The notes beneath the pieces were generated by a model. The model did no database searches, was not told the DNA's origin, and was given only the letters and a program-made list of their open reading frames with translations. Shown piece after piece: positions 29,628-42,000 of a stretch of 58,865 nucleotides of DNA (positions are counted from its first letter, which is position 1; each line of letters starts with the position of its first letter). The stretch is from the NCBI GenBank assembly GCA_038046465.1, contig JBBSWB010000041.1:1-58865 (forward strand), read 5' to 3'. This DNA comes from Nanobdellota archaeon (GTDB taxonomy: Archaea > Nanobdellota > Nanobdellia > Woesearchaeales > GW2011-AR9). A program made the translations under genes and the position numbers.

Positions 29628-29852
29628 ATGAAAAGAGTTAATATCAGTTTAAGAAAAGATGTGCATTCCCAGGCAAAAATAATTTGTATTCTAAAAAATG
29701 TTCATCTAAATAAATATCTTGAACTATGCATTGAAAAAGCAATAAAAGAAGATCAAAAAATTTTACAGGTGCTTAAGATAGAAAACAACTTCTTTAAAAT
29801 AGAAAAAAACCCGATCGAGATTGAAAAGAGCTCAAATAAAGAAGAAGGATAA
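29628..29852 (+). CDS. Ribbon-helix-helix (CopG-like) small protein
   Basis: N-terminal MKRVNISLRKDVHSQAK has a beta-strand-plus-helices pattern typical of RHH regulators. Confidence 0.4.
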   Translation: MKRVNISLRKDVHSQAKIICILKNVHLNKYLELCIEKAIKEDQKILQVLKIENNFFKIEKNPIEIEKSSNKEEG

Positions 29853-29918
29853 GCGAGTACTTTAATTTTAGTTTAATAAAATCAAATGGTGATGGGATGT
29901 TAAAACTGTGGCAAGTAC

Positions 29919-32858
<2,940 letters not shown>

Positions 32859-32867
32859 AAAATACTA

Positions 32868-33039
32868 AGAGCCTATCCCGTTAGGGCGTTCAGCAGCATA
32901 AGGTCGAACGTCTTAAATTTACACAGCAAGGGCGTCACGGGGGGTTGTCCCATACGGGGACGCAGCCCTAGCAAATTCACAATGCGATGCGTTCGAATCT
33001 GCTGAACGCCTCTACTTTTTACCTATTGGGATAGGCTCT
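32868..33039 (+). ncRNA. Rod-like GC-rich structured element D (candidate ncRNA, strand uncertain)
   Basis: Nested perfect stems AGAGCCTATCCC/GGGATAGGCTCT (12 bp), GGCGTTCAGCAG/CTGCTGAACGCC (12 bp), TCGAACG/CGTTCGA and GGGCGTC/GACGC. The core is far more GC-rich than the flanks. Confidence 0.4.
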
Positions 33040-33109
33040 AAACAAATAACTACAAATAACTAAAGCGATAAATAATAAAAGCAATAATATTAAAATGATT
33101 TATGTTTAA

Positions 33110-34123
33110 ATGATTTTTTCCAATAATCCTAAAATTCCGAGAAAAAAAATATTTACAGCAACTGCATTACTTATATTTTTATTATTATTGTTACTATCTG
33201 CGTTCTCAGTTATTAGTTTTATTGACTTAGCCGTAAGTTCAACCAGTATTACTTTTAGCAACAACAACCCCATAGAAGGAGAACTGGTAAATATCAGCGC
33301 AATGATTAGCAACCTTGGCAATGAAACTGCAACAAACGCAACCCTTCAATATTTAGATGATAAAAAAGAAATAAGTAATGTTACCATTAATGTACCTAAT
33401 TTCTCTTCAGTTGCTGCCTCCCTGTTTTGGCCCGCAGAAATCGGCCCTAACAATATTAGCATTATAATCGACCCCGATAATAGTATAGCCGAATCTGACG
33501 AAACAAACAACTATGCTTCCAAGAAAATAGCTATAAATGGATATCATACTTATTTTGGAAAAGCTGCAGGTTATCTTGCTTTAGGAATAAACTCAAAATT
33601 TTTGTTTCAGGCAAAACTACCAGCATGTAATATTCTCATGGCAGATACGGACAGCAACGTTGATTTTAGTTCTCTTCAGGCCATAGGAAAGAAAAAAAAT
33701 GCAGGAAACTCCAACAGGGATTTTGAAGAAATAGATACACTATTAGGAATGGCTACTTTTTCTGATTCTGTTACTAATCTTTTTAGCGTGAAGCATGGGG
33801 GAAAAATGGTTCCAAAACAAGTAGAAACATTTACTATTTTTGGCACAACCATTCCTGATGTTCCGGTTATAAACAGTACAAATAGTTCTGCTTTTCTAAC
33901 AGGAATATTGTGGGACATTTCCGATGATACTGTGGGAAAGAACGGAGAGTTTGATATAATTAATCGTGAAGATTTAATCTTTGTTACAAAAATAAACCCT
34001 TCACAACAGGGGCAGTATGGCGTTTATGATTACGAAATTAAAATTCCTGCTCTCTTGCGGGAATATAAGCCCGGCAACCCAACGGTTGATTTTTTTATTG
34101 ATATTGATTCTTGTCTTTCATAA
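33110..34123 (+). CDS. Membrane-anchored surface protein with CARDB-like domain and the shared C-terminal module
   Basis: N-terminal TM helix, then a CARDB-like segment (P.EGE.V.ISA.ISN.GN..A....L..... ..E.DE.NN). The C-terminal YDYEIKIPA......VDFFIDIDSC resembles 28412..29152 and 35007..36599. Confidence 0.65.
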   Translation: MIFSNNPKIPRKKIFTATALLIFLLLLLLSAFSVISFIDLAVSSTSITFSNNNPIEGELVNISAMISNLGNETATNATLQYLDDKKEISNVTINVPNFSSVAASLFWPAEIGPNNISIIIDPDNSIAESDETNNYASKKIAINGYHTYFGKAAGYLALGINSKFLFQAKLPACNILMADTDSNVDFSSLQAIGKKKNAGNSNRDFEEIDTLLGMATFSDSVTNLFSVKHGGKMVPKQVETFTIFGTTIPDVPVINSTNSSAFLTGILWDISDDTVGKNGEFDIINREDLIFVTKINPSQQGQYGVYDYEIKIPALLREYKPGNPTVDFFIDIDSCLS

Positions 34124-34286
34124 AAATTAGTTCAAGCACCACTAATTTTTTTCTTGTAAAAAGTTTTTAATTTCTTTCTTTTTATTAAGACATGCTCGGG
34201 GCATGAGTTTCAGCGGTGATTTAATTAATTTAAAGTAGAACTAATTCAAAACAAGAGCATAAATTTAAAGAATAAATTTCTTAACT

Positions 34287-34508
34287 TCACTTTCTTCTTT
34301 TAACTTTCTTAGATTTAACTCTAGACTTAGCTAATTTAATTAATTTTTTAACTTTAGAATGCTTTCCTTTACCAGAAGCTTTTCTGCTCTTCTTCCTTAA
34401 ACTATTGCTGCGAGTTGATTTCTTTTTAATAGATTTCTTTTTAACTGCTTTCTTTTTAGTAGCTTTTCTCTTAACTACTTTTCTTCGAATACTCTTTTTT
34501 TTAGCCAT
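34287..34508 (-). CDS. Lysine/arginine-rich small basic protein (73 aa)
   Basis: Uninterrupted ORF, more than half K/R. No Shine-Dalgarno is visible, so it could be a low-complexity artefact. Confidence 0.35.
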   Translation of the reverse strand: MAKKKSIRRKVVKRKATKKKAVKKKSIKKKSTRSNSLRKKSRKASGKGKHSKVKKLIKLAKSRVKSKKVKRRK

Positions 34509-34540
34509 CTAGTTTTAACTCTTTTATTTTTTAACGTTTT

Positions 34541-34790
34541 AAAGACTGGACTCGGTGACATAGTGCCTTAAACAACTCCCTTCATCAACTTAACCTTTAG
34601 GGTTATTTTAAAGGTGATCTACGTCGCTTCACAGACAAGCTTAACAAGCACAGGTTTCGTGCAGTGAGTTATAGTCCAGACACCGCATTAATGGCGAGCA
34701 CTTGTAAGAGGCTGCTATGATGGCATCCTTTTCAGGACAACCGAAATGTCCGCTTTTCTACTAACACCAGGAAAGTAGATTAAGTTAAAA
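34541..34790. ncRNA. GC-enriched intergenic block, candidate structured RNA of unknown class
   Basis: About 250 nt with clearly higher GC than the flanks and no ORF. Local helices include CTGGACT/AGTCCAG, GGACA/TGTCC, GCAC/GTGC and GCTT/AAGC. Confidence 0.3.
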
Positions 34791-35006
34791 GAAGTCTTTC
34801 TTTAAATATTTGTCGTATCATCAAAATAATGATTACAATAATCGCAATAAAGTAGTTCTTCCTTTCTTGCGCAAAGTTGTTTTGTCTTGGTTGATTTTTT
34901 AAATTTAACACTTTGTATGTAATAGGTTAACATGCCCGGCTTTTAAATGAAATGTTATTTTTGCCCAATCGGAGCAAAAAACGAGCCCCGTTCCAGAGCT
35001 GACCTA

Positions 35007-36599
35007 TTACATACGCTTTTTTAATTTTACACTTTTTCTAAATTTTCCTACCCTGAGCCCGATTAAAAATAAAATTAGGAATATGGTAATTACCAATAAT
35101 AATAGCAATACTGGGATTCCAAAAAGGTAGAATGTTCTTTTATCCATCAGCGCAGCCATGCCGACAAGAGCTTCTGAAAGCGGCGGACCGGGTTCAACGA
35201 CAGTAAAAGATTCAGTTGCAGTCGTAAAGGAGCTGCCATAAATTACCTTTAATGCGTATAGGTATTGCCCAACAGTAATATTTTGACTAAGTGGAATGAT
35301 TTTGGAGAAAGAGACTTGATTCCACATGGTGATTCTTTCTTCTTCGTCGTAGATTATGTTGTTGTTCATGTCCATAATTAAGTGAATTAAGGTTACATCT
35401 GCAGGATAAGTTTTTTTAAGATTAAGCAAGGTAATAATTGCCTTAAGCTCTTCTCCGGGAAAATAGGTTTTCTTCGGCAAGTCCAGGCTGGCATCAAAAA
35501 TAACTTCTTTAGGTTCGACTTCCAATATGATATATGCGGCTTTACTTATGCTTCTTAAATCATTTTCAGCAAAGAATACCATTGCTCCAGTATAAATTCC
35601 GGGCTTAATATTTAAGTAAGGATTAAAAATAAAAGTAATTTCTTTTTCTCGTCCCTGTGGCAAATAAAAGGCATTGGGAGAAACTGTGAGTAAAGCCGAT
35701 AAAGCAGTAGTTGTTTTAATTAACAGGTCTGCTTTCCCAGTATTTAGCACCCGGATTTTTTTTTCTAAACGTTCTCCTTCAGTTAAGGCAACTTTAATTA
35801 ACTCTTCGCTTAATTCAAACGACATTTCTAGACGCGCTTCTTTTTTAATCTCGCCCGCTCCGCCAACAGAAATATAAACTGGCACTGGAACGGATACGGC
35901 AGCCTCGCAATCGCTAAAAAAATAATAAGTAACAAAACTTCCATTGACGGGCACCAGCATTTGATAATCATGGGTTTTATTATCAAAACCTTTTGTGTCC
36001 AAGGAAATATGGCTTACAAAAACTAAAGAATTGGAAATATTCAACAAGCCAAGATCAAAGGTAGTATTGCCCGGAGAACCGAATACTTTAGTATATGACG
36101 TAGGAATATTAGCAATGGCAGAAGAACCAACCGTAAATGTTTTTGTATTTGCAAAAATCTGCGACCCTGATTCTAAATGGCTGGCATTAAGCTGGAGATA
36201 ATGATCAATAGCTTCCTTGCGGCCAGCAGAAATATCCTTAAAAGCAATATTGCCATTAGTGCTTGCGTAAATCTCTTCGCCCACGCAGGGAAAAGTGACA
36301 TTAAGTTCAGTTATATTCCCTTTCCGGGCGAGGCTGGAAGGAGTTTGATTAAACGAGGAATCCTCAAAAATTTCTCCGTAGAAGCCCTGCCAGTAGCCGG
36401 ATTCTTCCGTTAGGGAAAGATTAACTTCTTCCACCGCCCCAGCGTTTGAAACCCTAGATGTTGCTCCTCCAGTGACATTGCTAACGGGCGTGAAGGAAAT
36501 AAGAAAAAAAATTAGCAGGAAGAAAACAAGCAGAAGAAACAAGATAATATAATTTATGTTTCTTGATATTACCTTTTTTAATATTGTTTTTTTTAACAA
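35007..36599 (-). CDS. Surface protein: N-terminal TM/signal, shared module, beta-rich domain, C-terminal TM anchor
   Basis: 530 aa. Contains ..SGYWQGFYGEIF.. and ..YQMLVPVNGSFVTYYFFSDCE motifs paralogous to 28412..29152. The C-terminal TM helix is followed by basic residues. Confidence 0.7.
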   Translation of the reverse strand: MLKKTILKKVISRNINYIILFLLLVFFLLIFFLISFTPVSNVTGGATSRVSNAGAVEEVNLSLTEESGYWQGFYGEIFEDSSFNQTPSSLARKGNITELNVTFPCVGEEIYASTNGNIAFKDISAGRKEAIDHYLQLNASHLESGSQIFANTKTFTVGSSAIANIPTSYTKVFGSPGNTTFDLGLLNISNSLVFVSHISLDTKGFDNKTHDYQMLVPVNGSFVTYYFFSDCEAAVSVPVPVYISVGGAGEIKKEARLEMSFELSEELIKVALTEGERLEKKIRVLNTGKADLLIKTTTALSALLTVSPNAFYLPQGREKEITFIFNPYLNIKPGIYTGAMVFFAENDLRSISKAAYIILEVEPKEVIFDASLDLPKKTYFPGEELKAIITLLNLKKTYPADVTLIHLIMDMNNNIIYDEEERITMWNQVSFSKIIPLSQNITVGQYLYALKVIYGSSFTTATESFTVVEPGPPLSEALVGMAALMDKRTFYLFGIPVLLLLLVITIFLILFLIGLRVGKFRKSVKLKKRM

Positions 36600-36606
36600 T
36601 TCCTCT

Positions 36607-38256
36607 TTACCTCTTCTTTCTTATTGATAGTATTAGTTTTATTACAATTAAAATAATGATAACTAACACTAACAGCTTATAATTAAATGTTTTAAACGCA
36701 AAATCAAATTCCCGAGTCATCGACTTTAACAGGATGTTTTCTCTTTCTCCATATCTAACCCGCGCCGTTACAGTTGGATTGTCTTCAATATCCATTTCCT
36801 CCAGAAGCGCTTTAATCTTAAACAAATTCTTCTGCCCGGGCTTAATTTTTTGCTGTTCAGCGCCCAAAGTCACTTTCTCGCTGGCAATAATTAAATCAAC
36901 AATCTCAGCATCAGCATAGACATCTTTCTCGCCTTCATTTTTTACGATTAATTCAAATCGTTTCGTCCCTTTATTGTAAACCAGGCTTTGAATGGATATT
37001 TTTGACGAATCCTCAACGGCAACAACATCCAAATTCAAGGTCTTCGCCAATAGTTTAGTTAAGGAATTAGCGCTTTCTCCGAAGATAATTTTGCTCTCAA
37101 CTATTAGATTTTTATCAAGATAAGGCGTTAAGTCAAGGCTATAAACTTTAGTCAAAGTATCGCCTTCGTTAAGAAAGAAGGCTTTTTCATCACCAACTTC
37201 CGCAATGGCAGTCCCGTCTGCTTTAATTTGATGAGACAATGCCTGAGCATAAGTATAAACCGCGCCTTTATTTTTATAACTGACTTCCAGCTGCCTTGAA
37301 AGAGTATTGTAATGAACTGCTTCAATATCAATTTCCGAGTCATATTCCGGCAGAGGAAAGACATCAAGAGCGTAGATCTGCGAATTTCTTCCTTGCCCAT
37401 ACTTAAGAAGAATTTTTATTCCCGTATCTTCTCGTATTCTTTTGGCGTTGGCAAATAGGTCGTACCCAATAACAATCCCAGCTCTTACATCGGTATCCCG
37501 GATAAAATCTATAACTGGTTGGGGAACGTTGCTTGTTCCAATAAACAGGGCCGGGAATTCATTATTAAAAAAACCCAGTTCCAGAGTTTCTCCATCTGTA
37601 AGCAAGACCTGTTTTGTTGGCTTTTTATTAATAAATTTCTTTACAATCTCAATATTGTCTTGGTATCGGTCGCCTTTATTTATAATTAAAGGATTTAGAA
37701 CGCCGAGTTCTTCCTTAACTGCCCTGTTAAGATGACCATAAAAGAGAATATTATCTGCCGAAGCAGACAAAAAAGAAAAGAGGACATCAACATTTTCAGC
37801 ATCTGCAAAAAGAACAAAAGAATTTGTAAGCAAGGCATAAGGAGCTACTGAAATAGCATCATAGCCCAAACTGCCGTCAATCACTATAAAATTAGCAATG
37901 CCCTTCTCATCAGCTGCCTTCTTAGCAAACTCTAAATTGGTCTTTTGCGCATCTAAAGAGAGAAATTTTTCTACTTTAAAGCCCTGTTTTTCTAGCTGAA
38001 GCTGATAACCAAAAATAAGAGGTTCTTTAGATTCAATGAGCAAAATATCAACAGCCCCTCTGTTAAGAACCTCTTCGATCAACTGCAGACCTTGCGTTTC
38101 TTTAGCAACATAATGCGCATCTAAACCGTTCAACTTGGCATAAAGAATTCCTGTATATATATCCCGCCAGTCTTTTGAATTAATTACGACTTGATCCGCA
38201 GCACTGACAATAGGAAGAAGCAATAAGAATAATAACAATAAAAAATACCTTTTCAT
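36607..38256 (-). CDS. Surface protein with three alpha/beta repeats (cell-wall-binding-repeat-2-like), beta-rich domains and C-terminal TM anchor
   Basis: 549 aa with signal peptide LLLLPIVSA. Three similar segments of about 100 aa (VVINSKDW.., FIVIDGSLGYDAI.., VLLTDGETL..). Terminal TM helix plus KKR. Confidence 0.65.
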   Translation of the reverse strand: MKRYFLLLLFLLLLPIVSAADQVVINSKDWRDIYTGILYAKLNGLDAHYVAKETQGLQLIEEVLNRGAVDILLIESKEPLIFGYQLQLEKQGFKVEKFLSLDAQKTNLEFAKKAADEKGIANFIVIDGSLGYDAISVAPYALLTNSFVLFADAENVDVLFSFLSASADNILFYGHLNRAVKEELGVLNPLIINKGDRYQDNIEIVKKFINKKPTKQVLLTDGETLELGFFNNEFPALFIGTSNVPQPVIDFIRDTDVRAGIVIGYDLFANAKRIREDTGIKILLKYGQGRNSQIYALDVFPLPEYDSEIDIEAVHYNTLSRQLEVSYKNKGAVYTYAQALSHQIKADGTAIAEVGDEKAFFLNEGDTLTKVYSLDLTPYLDKNLIVESKIIFGESANSLTKLLAKTLNLDVVAVEDSSKISIQSLVYNKGTKRFELIVKNEGEKDVYADAEIVDLIIASEKVTLGAEQQKIKPGQKNLFKIKALLEEMDIEDNPTVTARVRYGERENILLKSMTREFDFAFKTFNYKLLVLVIIILIVIKLILSIRKKR

Positions 38257-38367
38257 AATCTTTCTTTTAAGTGTTTGTTTTATAATAATTTGTTGCTTTC
38301 ATTATATAAAATATAAGCCATAAATCCAAAACTTTAATAAACAAACCCTCCACTTTCTAATTAATTT

Positions 38368-38486
38368 GCCCCAGTAGCTTAGTGGCTATAGCACCTGACT
38401 TGTAGCCAACTATCTGCTATGTTTCCAACGAAATATAAGCATAGTAAGATATCAGGAGATCGGGAGTTCAACTCTCCCCTGGGGCT
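38368..38486 (+). tRNA. tRNA-Thr (anticodon TGT) with a canonical 46-nt intron at 37/38 (38405..38450)
   Basis: GCCCCAG TA GCTT AGTGGCTA TAGC A CCTGA CTTGTA [46 nt] A TCAGG AGATC GGGAG TTCAACT CTCCC CTGGGGC T. Central BHB helix CTTG/TAAG with 3-nt bulges. Confidence 0.9.
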
Positions 38487-38513
38487 TCCTTTTTTAATTT
38501 GTTTTTCTTTCAT

Positions 38514-38633
38514 GGCTTGTCCAGAATGAAAAACATTTGTATACTGGGGCACGGCGCGATTATAAATTTACTTCGTAAATTTATGCGCCTCCATTGGCAC
38601 CAGTATACAAATTAAGGGTATTCTAGACAAGCC
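38514..38633. other. 120-nt rod-like imperfect palindrome E immediately downstream of tRNA-Thr
   Basis: Nested arms are GGCTTGTC/GACAAGCC, AGAAT/ATTCT, TTTGTATACTGG/CCAGTATACAAA, GGCGC/GCGCC and ATAAATTTAC/GTAAATTTAT. Confidence 0.5.
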
Positions 38634-38732
38634 TTTCTTTCAGAAATTATTATAAACACCAAAACTACCATAATCAATAAAAAGATTAAAAGTAAACAAA
38701 ATTTAAAAAAGGAATAAAAAGAGGTTAAAAAG

Positions 38733-39485
38733 ATGAGACTTAAAAACAAGATTGCAATTATTACCGGTTCCCAACGGGGCATTGGCTTGGGCATTGCTGA
38801 AGAGATGGCCAAGGAAGGCGCTAATGTAGTTATCTCTGATCTCGATCAAAAAGATTGCGAAAAAGTCTGCCAGAGTTTAGAGAAAAAATATAAAATAAAA
38901 ACTTTAGCAGTAAAATGCGATGTTTCCAAGAAAAGTGAAATTGATGATTTAATAGAACAAACCATAACTAAATTCAAGCGCATTGATATTTTAGTCAATA
39001 ATGCCGGTATCGTCCGCTTTGGATCATTGCTGCAAAAGACGGAAAAAGAATGGGATGCCACTTTAGACATTAATTTGAAAAGTGTGTTCCTGTGCACCCA
39101 AGCTGCGGCCAAATATATGGTTAAACAAAAAAGCGGAAAAATAATTTCCTTGGCCAGTATTGCTGGCATGGTTGGTTTTGAAAATGTTGCTGATTATTGC
39201 GCATCGAAAGGAGGGATCATTAACCTCACTAAAGAATTAGCCTTAGAGTTAGCAAAATATAATATCAATGTTAATGCTATTGCTCCGGGAATTATTGAAA
39301 CCAAGATGACTGAAGGCATGCTTAAAGACGCAAAAAGCCGGGAAAATTTACTGGCGCAAACTCCGTTAAGAAGATTTGGCCAGCCGCAAGATATTGGTAA
39401 AGCCGCCGTATTTTTAGCGTCGGAAGAAGCTAATTTTATTACCGGACACACTTTAGTAATCGACGGGGGCTGGTTAGCCCGCTGA
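38733..39485 (+). CDS. Short-chain dehydrogenase/reductase (3-oxoacyl-ACP reductase FabG-like)
   Basis: TGS.RGIG cofactor motif, NNAG, and the S...Y...K catalytic triad (YCASK). Confidence 0.9.
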   Translation: MRLKNKIAIITGSQRGIGLGIAEEMAKEGANVVISDLDQKDCEKVCQSLEKKYKIKTLAVKCDVSKKSEIDDLIEQTITKFKRIDILVNNAGIVRFGSLLQKTEKEWDATLDINLKSVFLCTQAAAKYMVKQKSGKIISLASIAGMVGFENVADYCASKGGIINLTKELALELAKYNINVNAIAPGIIETKMTEGMLKDAKSRENLLAQTPLRRFGQPQDIGKAAVFLASEEANFITGHTLVIDGGWLAR

Positions 39486-39517
39486 ACGAAGAACAGAACA
39501 GACATTCATGAACACAA

Positions 39518-41116
39518 ATGAGATTAAATTTACTTATCGGAGGGAAAGCTGGACAGGGGATTAATAAGTTAGCAGAAATAATCTCTTCGTCATTAGTGCG
39601 TGCCGGCTGGTATGTATTTAATTACAAAGATTACCAAAGCGCAATCAAAGGCGGGCATAATTTTAATTTAATCAGTATCTCCGACCAAAATCTAGCTGCT
39701 TATGAAGAAGATTTAGATCTGCTGTTTGCGTTTGATGCACAGACTTATGACGAACATAAAAAAAATATCAGTAAAAAAACTATTCTAGCAACTGCAGATT
39801 CAGAATTAAATAAAAAAGTAGGCGGATTTTTTTTAGATTTATCCCAACTGGGTAAATTTGGCAACATGGCTTTTGCTGGATTTTTATTTAAGTGTTTAGG
39901 ATTAGATAAAAAATTTCTGCTGGAAGAAATAGAAAAAGAATTCAAACAAAAAGAGATTGTTATCGAGAATAAAAAAATTATTGAACAGTTTTATGCTCCT
40001 GAATACTCAGTGGATTTAAAACTGCCGGAACCACAGCAAAATGAACCACAACACCAACAAAAAAAAGAACTGCCGGGATACTCTCACTTATCCGGATCAG
40101 AAGCAATTTCTCAAGCAGCAGTGGAAGCAGGTTTAGAAATTTATTTTGGTTATCCCATGACTCCCTCTACCGGCGTATTGTCTTCCTTAGCTTTGAAACA
40201 AAAAGAAAACAAAGATTTATTTGTGTTTACCCCTGAAAATGAAATTGCTGTAATCAATTCCGCTTTAGGAGCTAGTTTTGCAGGAAGAAAAGTAATGGTC
40301 GGTACTTCTGGCGGAGGATTTGATTTGATGAGTGAAGCCATGAGTTTACAGGGGATGGTTGAGTTGCCTTTAGTGATTCATTTATCTCAACGGGCCGGAC
40401 CAGGAACGGGAGTTCCAACTTATTCTGGACAAGGTGATTTAAATGCGGCTATCTATGCCGGGCATGGTGAATTTCCTCGGTTAGTGGTTGCTCCAGGAGA
40501 TGCACAAGAAGCTTATGAAAAAACAATTGAAGCATTTTATCTTGCAGAAAAATTTAAGCTCCTGTCGATAATTTTAACGGATAAACATCTTGCTGAATCT
40601 GGTTATACCGACCAAATAAAAAAATCTTCCGTGGTTGTTCCTAAACGAGAAGATCTACTTAGCCAAGGCGTGGTTAAGAAAAATAGTTATGAACACGATT
40701 TATTTGGAAACACTACCGAAATCGCCGCAGAAATTAAAGAGAATACCGACCGAAGAATTGCTAAAACCAAACTAGTGGAAAAAGAAACTCAAAAATTTAC
40801 GCGCTACAAATTTTACGGAACAGGAAAAAATTTATTGATTGGCTTTGGCTCTACCAAAGGAGGCATTCTTGATGCTCTCCCTAATCTTCCTGAGTTTAGT
40901 TATTTACATTTAATTTATCTTGAACCTTTCCCTTCCGAAATTATTGCTTACCTACAGAAAGCAAAAAAAATATTGGTTATTGAACAAAATTCCACTGGAC
41001 AATTAGCCGATCTGCTCAGTAAACAATTAGCAGTTACTATTCCTGAACATAATAGAATCCTAAAGTATGATGGGCGCCCGTTCACGGCAAAAGATTTGTT
41101 AGGGAGAATAAAATAA
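39518..41116 (+). CDS. 2-oxoacid:ferredoxin oxidoreductase alpha subunit (gamma-alpha fusion, two-subunit type)
   Basis: N-terminal gamma-like GGKAGQGI domain followed by an alpha domain (GYPMTPST...), with the beta subunit directly downstream. Confidence 0.85.
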   Translation: MRLNLLIGGKAGQGINKLAEIISSSLVRAGWYVFNYKDYQSAIKGGHNFNLISISDQNLAAYEEDLDLLFAFDAQTYDEHKKNISKKTILATADSELNKKVGGFFLDLSQLGKFGNMAFAGFLFKCLGLDKKFLLEEIEKEFKQKEIVIENKKIIEQFYAPEYSVDLKLPEPQQNEPQHQQKKELPGYSHLSGSEAISQAAVEAGLEIYFGYPMTPSTGVLSSLALKQKENKDLFVFTPENEIAVINSALGASFAGRKVMVGTSGGGFDLMSEAMSLQGMVELPLVIHLSQRAGPGTGVPTYSGQGDLNAAIYAGHGEFPRLVVAPGDAQEAYEKTIEAFYLAEKFKLLSIILTDKHLAESGYTDQIKKSSVVVPKREDLLSQGVVKKNSYEHDLFGNTTEIAAEIKENTDRRIAKTKLVEKETQKFTRYKFYGTGKNLLIGFGSTKGGILDALPNLPEFSYLHLIYLEPFPSEIIAYLQKAKKILVIEQNSTGQLADLLSKQLAVTIPEHNRILKYDGRPFTAKDLLGRIK

Positions 41117-41139
41117 AGACCAACCTGAGTGAAATAAAA

Positions 41140-41937
41140 ATGTTAGAAACTAAAAATAAAATTACCTGGTGCCCAGGATGTCCCAATTATCTGATTAAGC
41201 AGGCCATCCAAACGGCCATAACTAATCTAATTCAACAAGGTTACCCTAAGGAAAGTTTTGTAGTAGTTACTGATATTGGCTGCAGCAGTAAAATCTATGA
41301 TTATTTAGACCTCTCTGCTTTTTATGGTCTGCATGGGCGGGCGATTCCCACTGGATTTGGAATTAAAGTCGGTAATCCTAAATTAAATGTGCTGGTTATT
41401 GCCGGAGATGGAGGCACCTATAATGAAGGGCTTGATCATTTTATTCACGCCTGTAGATATAATATTAATCTGACTCTGTTAGTCCACAACAATGGTGCGT
41501 TTTCTTTAACTACCGGACAAGCTTCAGCAACCACTAAAAAAGGTTTTATAGAAAAAACCCATCCGTTTGGCGTGCAAGAAGATGCTCTTAACCCGTTAAG
41601 TTTAGCCTTAGAATCGGGGGCTAGTTTTGTAGCCAGAACTTCGGCTTTAGATTTAAATCAAATGGCTGCTATCATTGAGCAAGGCATAAAACATCCGGGC
41701 TTTTCATTTATAGACATTTTACAGCCGTGTTTAATTTACAATAATTTTTCAGAAGTTTTGAAAAAAAATAGTTATATACTAAAAAACCCTTTACCGTTAG
41801 AAAAAGCACTGGTTGAAGCTAGAAAAAGCGCGTTTGCTTTGGAAAATCCGGCTAAAGAAAAAATAGCTCTGGGCGTTTTCTTTCAAGAAAAAAAGCCAAC
41901 TTTTGAAGAGAAATATTTTCAAAACCGAAATATTTAA
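41140..41937 (+). CDS. 2-oxoacid:ferredoxin oxidoreductase beta subunit (TPP-binding)
   Basis: WCPGCPNY and GDGG..NEG thiamine-diphosphate motifs. Confidence 0.88.
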   Translation: MLETKNKITWCPGCPNYLIKQAIQTAITNLIQQGYPKESFVVVTDIGCSSKIYDYLDLSAFYGLHGRAIPTGFGIKVGNPKLNVLVIAGDGGTYNEGLDHFIHACRYNINLTLLVHNNGAFSLTTGQASATTKKGFIEKTHPFGVQEDALNPLSLALESGASFVARTSALDLNQMAAIIEQGIKHPGFSFIDILQPCLIYNNFSEVLKKNSYILKNPLPLEKALVEARKSAFALENPAKEKIALGVFFQEKKPTFEEKYFQNRNI

Positions 41938-42000
41938 AAACAAAAAGCCTTTTTAACCAATAAGATAAATGATAGGTGTTAATCATTCTGGGTGTTAATT

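Noticed and set aside
32885-33011. Element D as a tRNA or permuted tRNA
   Set aside because: Only an acceptor-like helix, a 5-bp stem and a TTCGAAT loop are present. There is no D arm or anticodon arm in any intron or permutation scheme I tried.
34541-34790. RNase P RNA or SRP RNA assignment for the GC-rich block
   Set aside because: Only a weak CR-V-like ACAGACAAGCTTA is present. There is no CR-I GGAAAGUCC-type motif, no SRP helix 8 GGAA...AGCA pattern, and no long closing helix. It is left unassigned.
38612-39505. Minus-strand ORFs 38612..38812, 38846..39169 and 39194..39505
   Set aside because: The first spans hairpin E and the SDR start. The others are antisense to the well-supported SDR gene.
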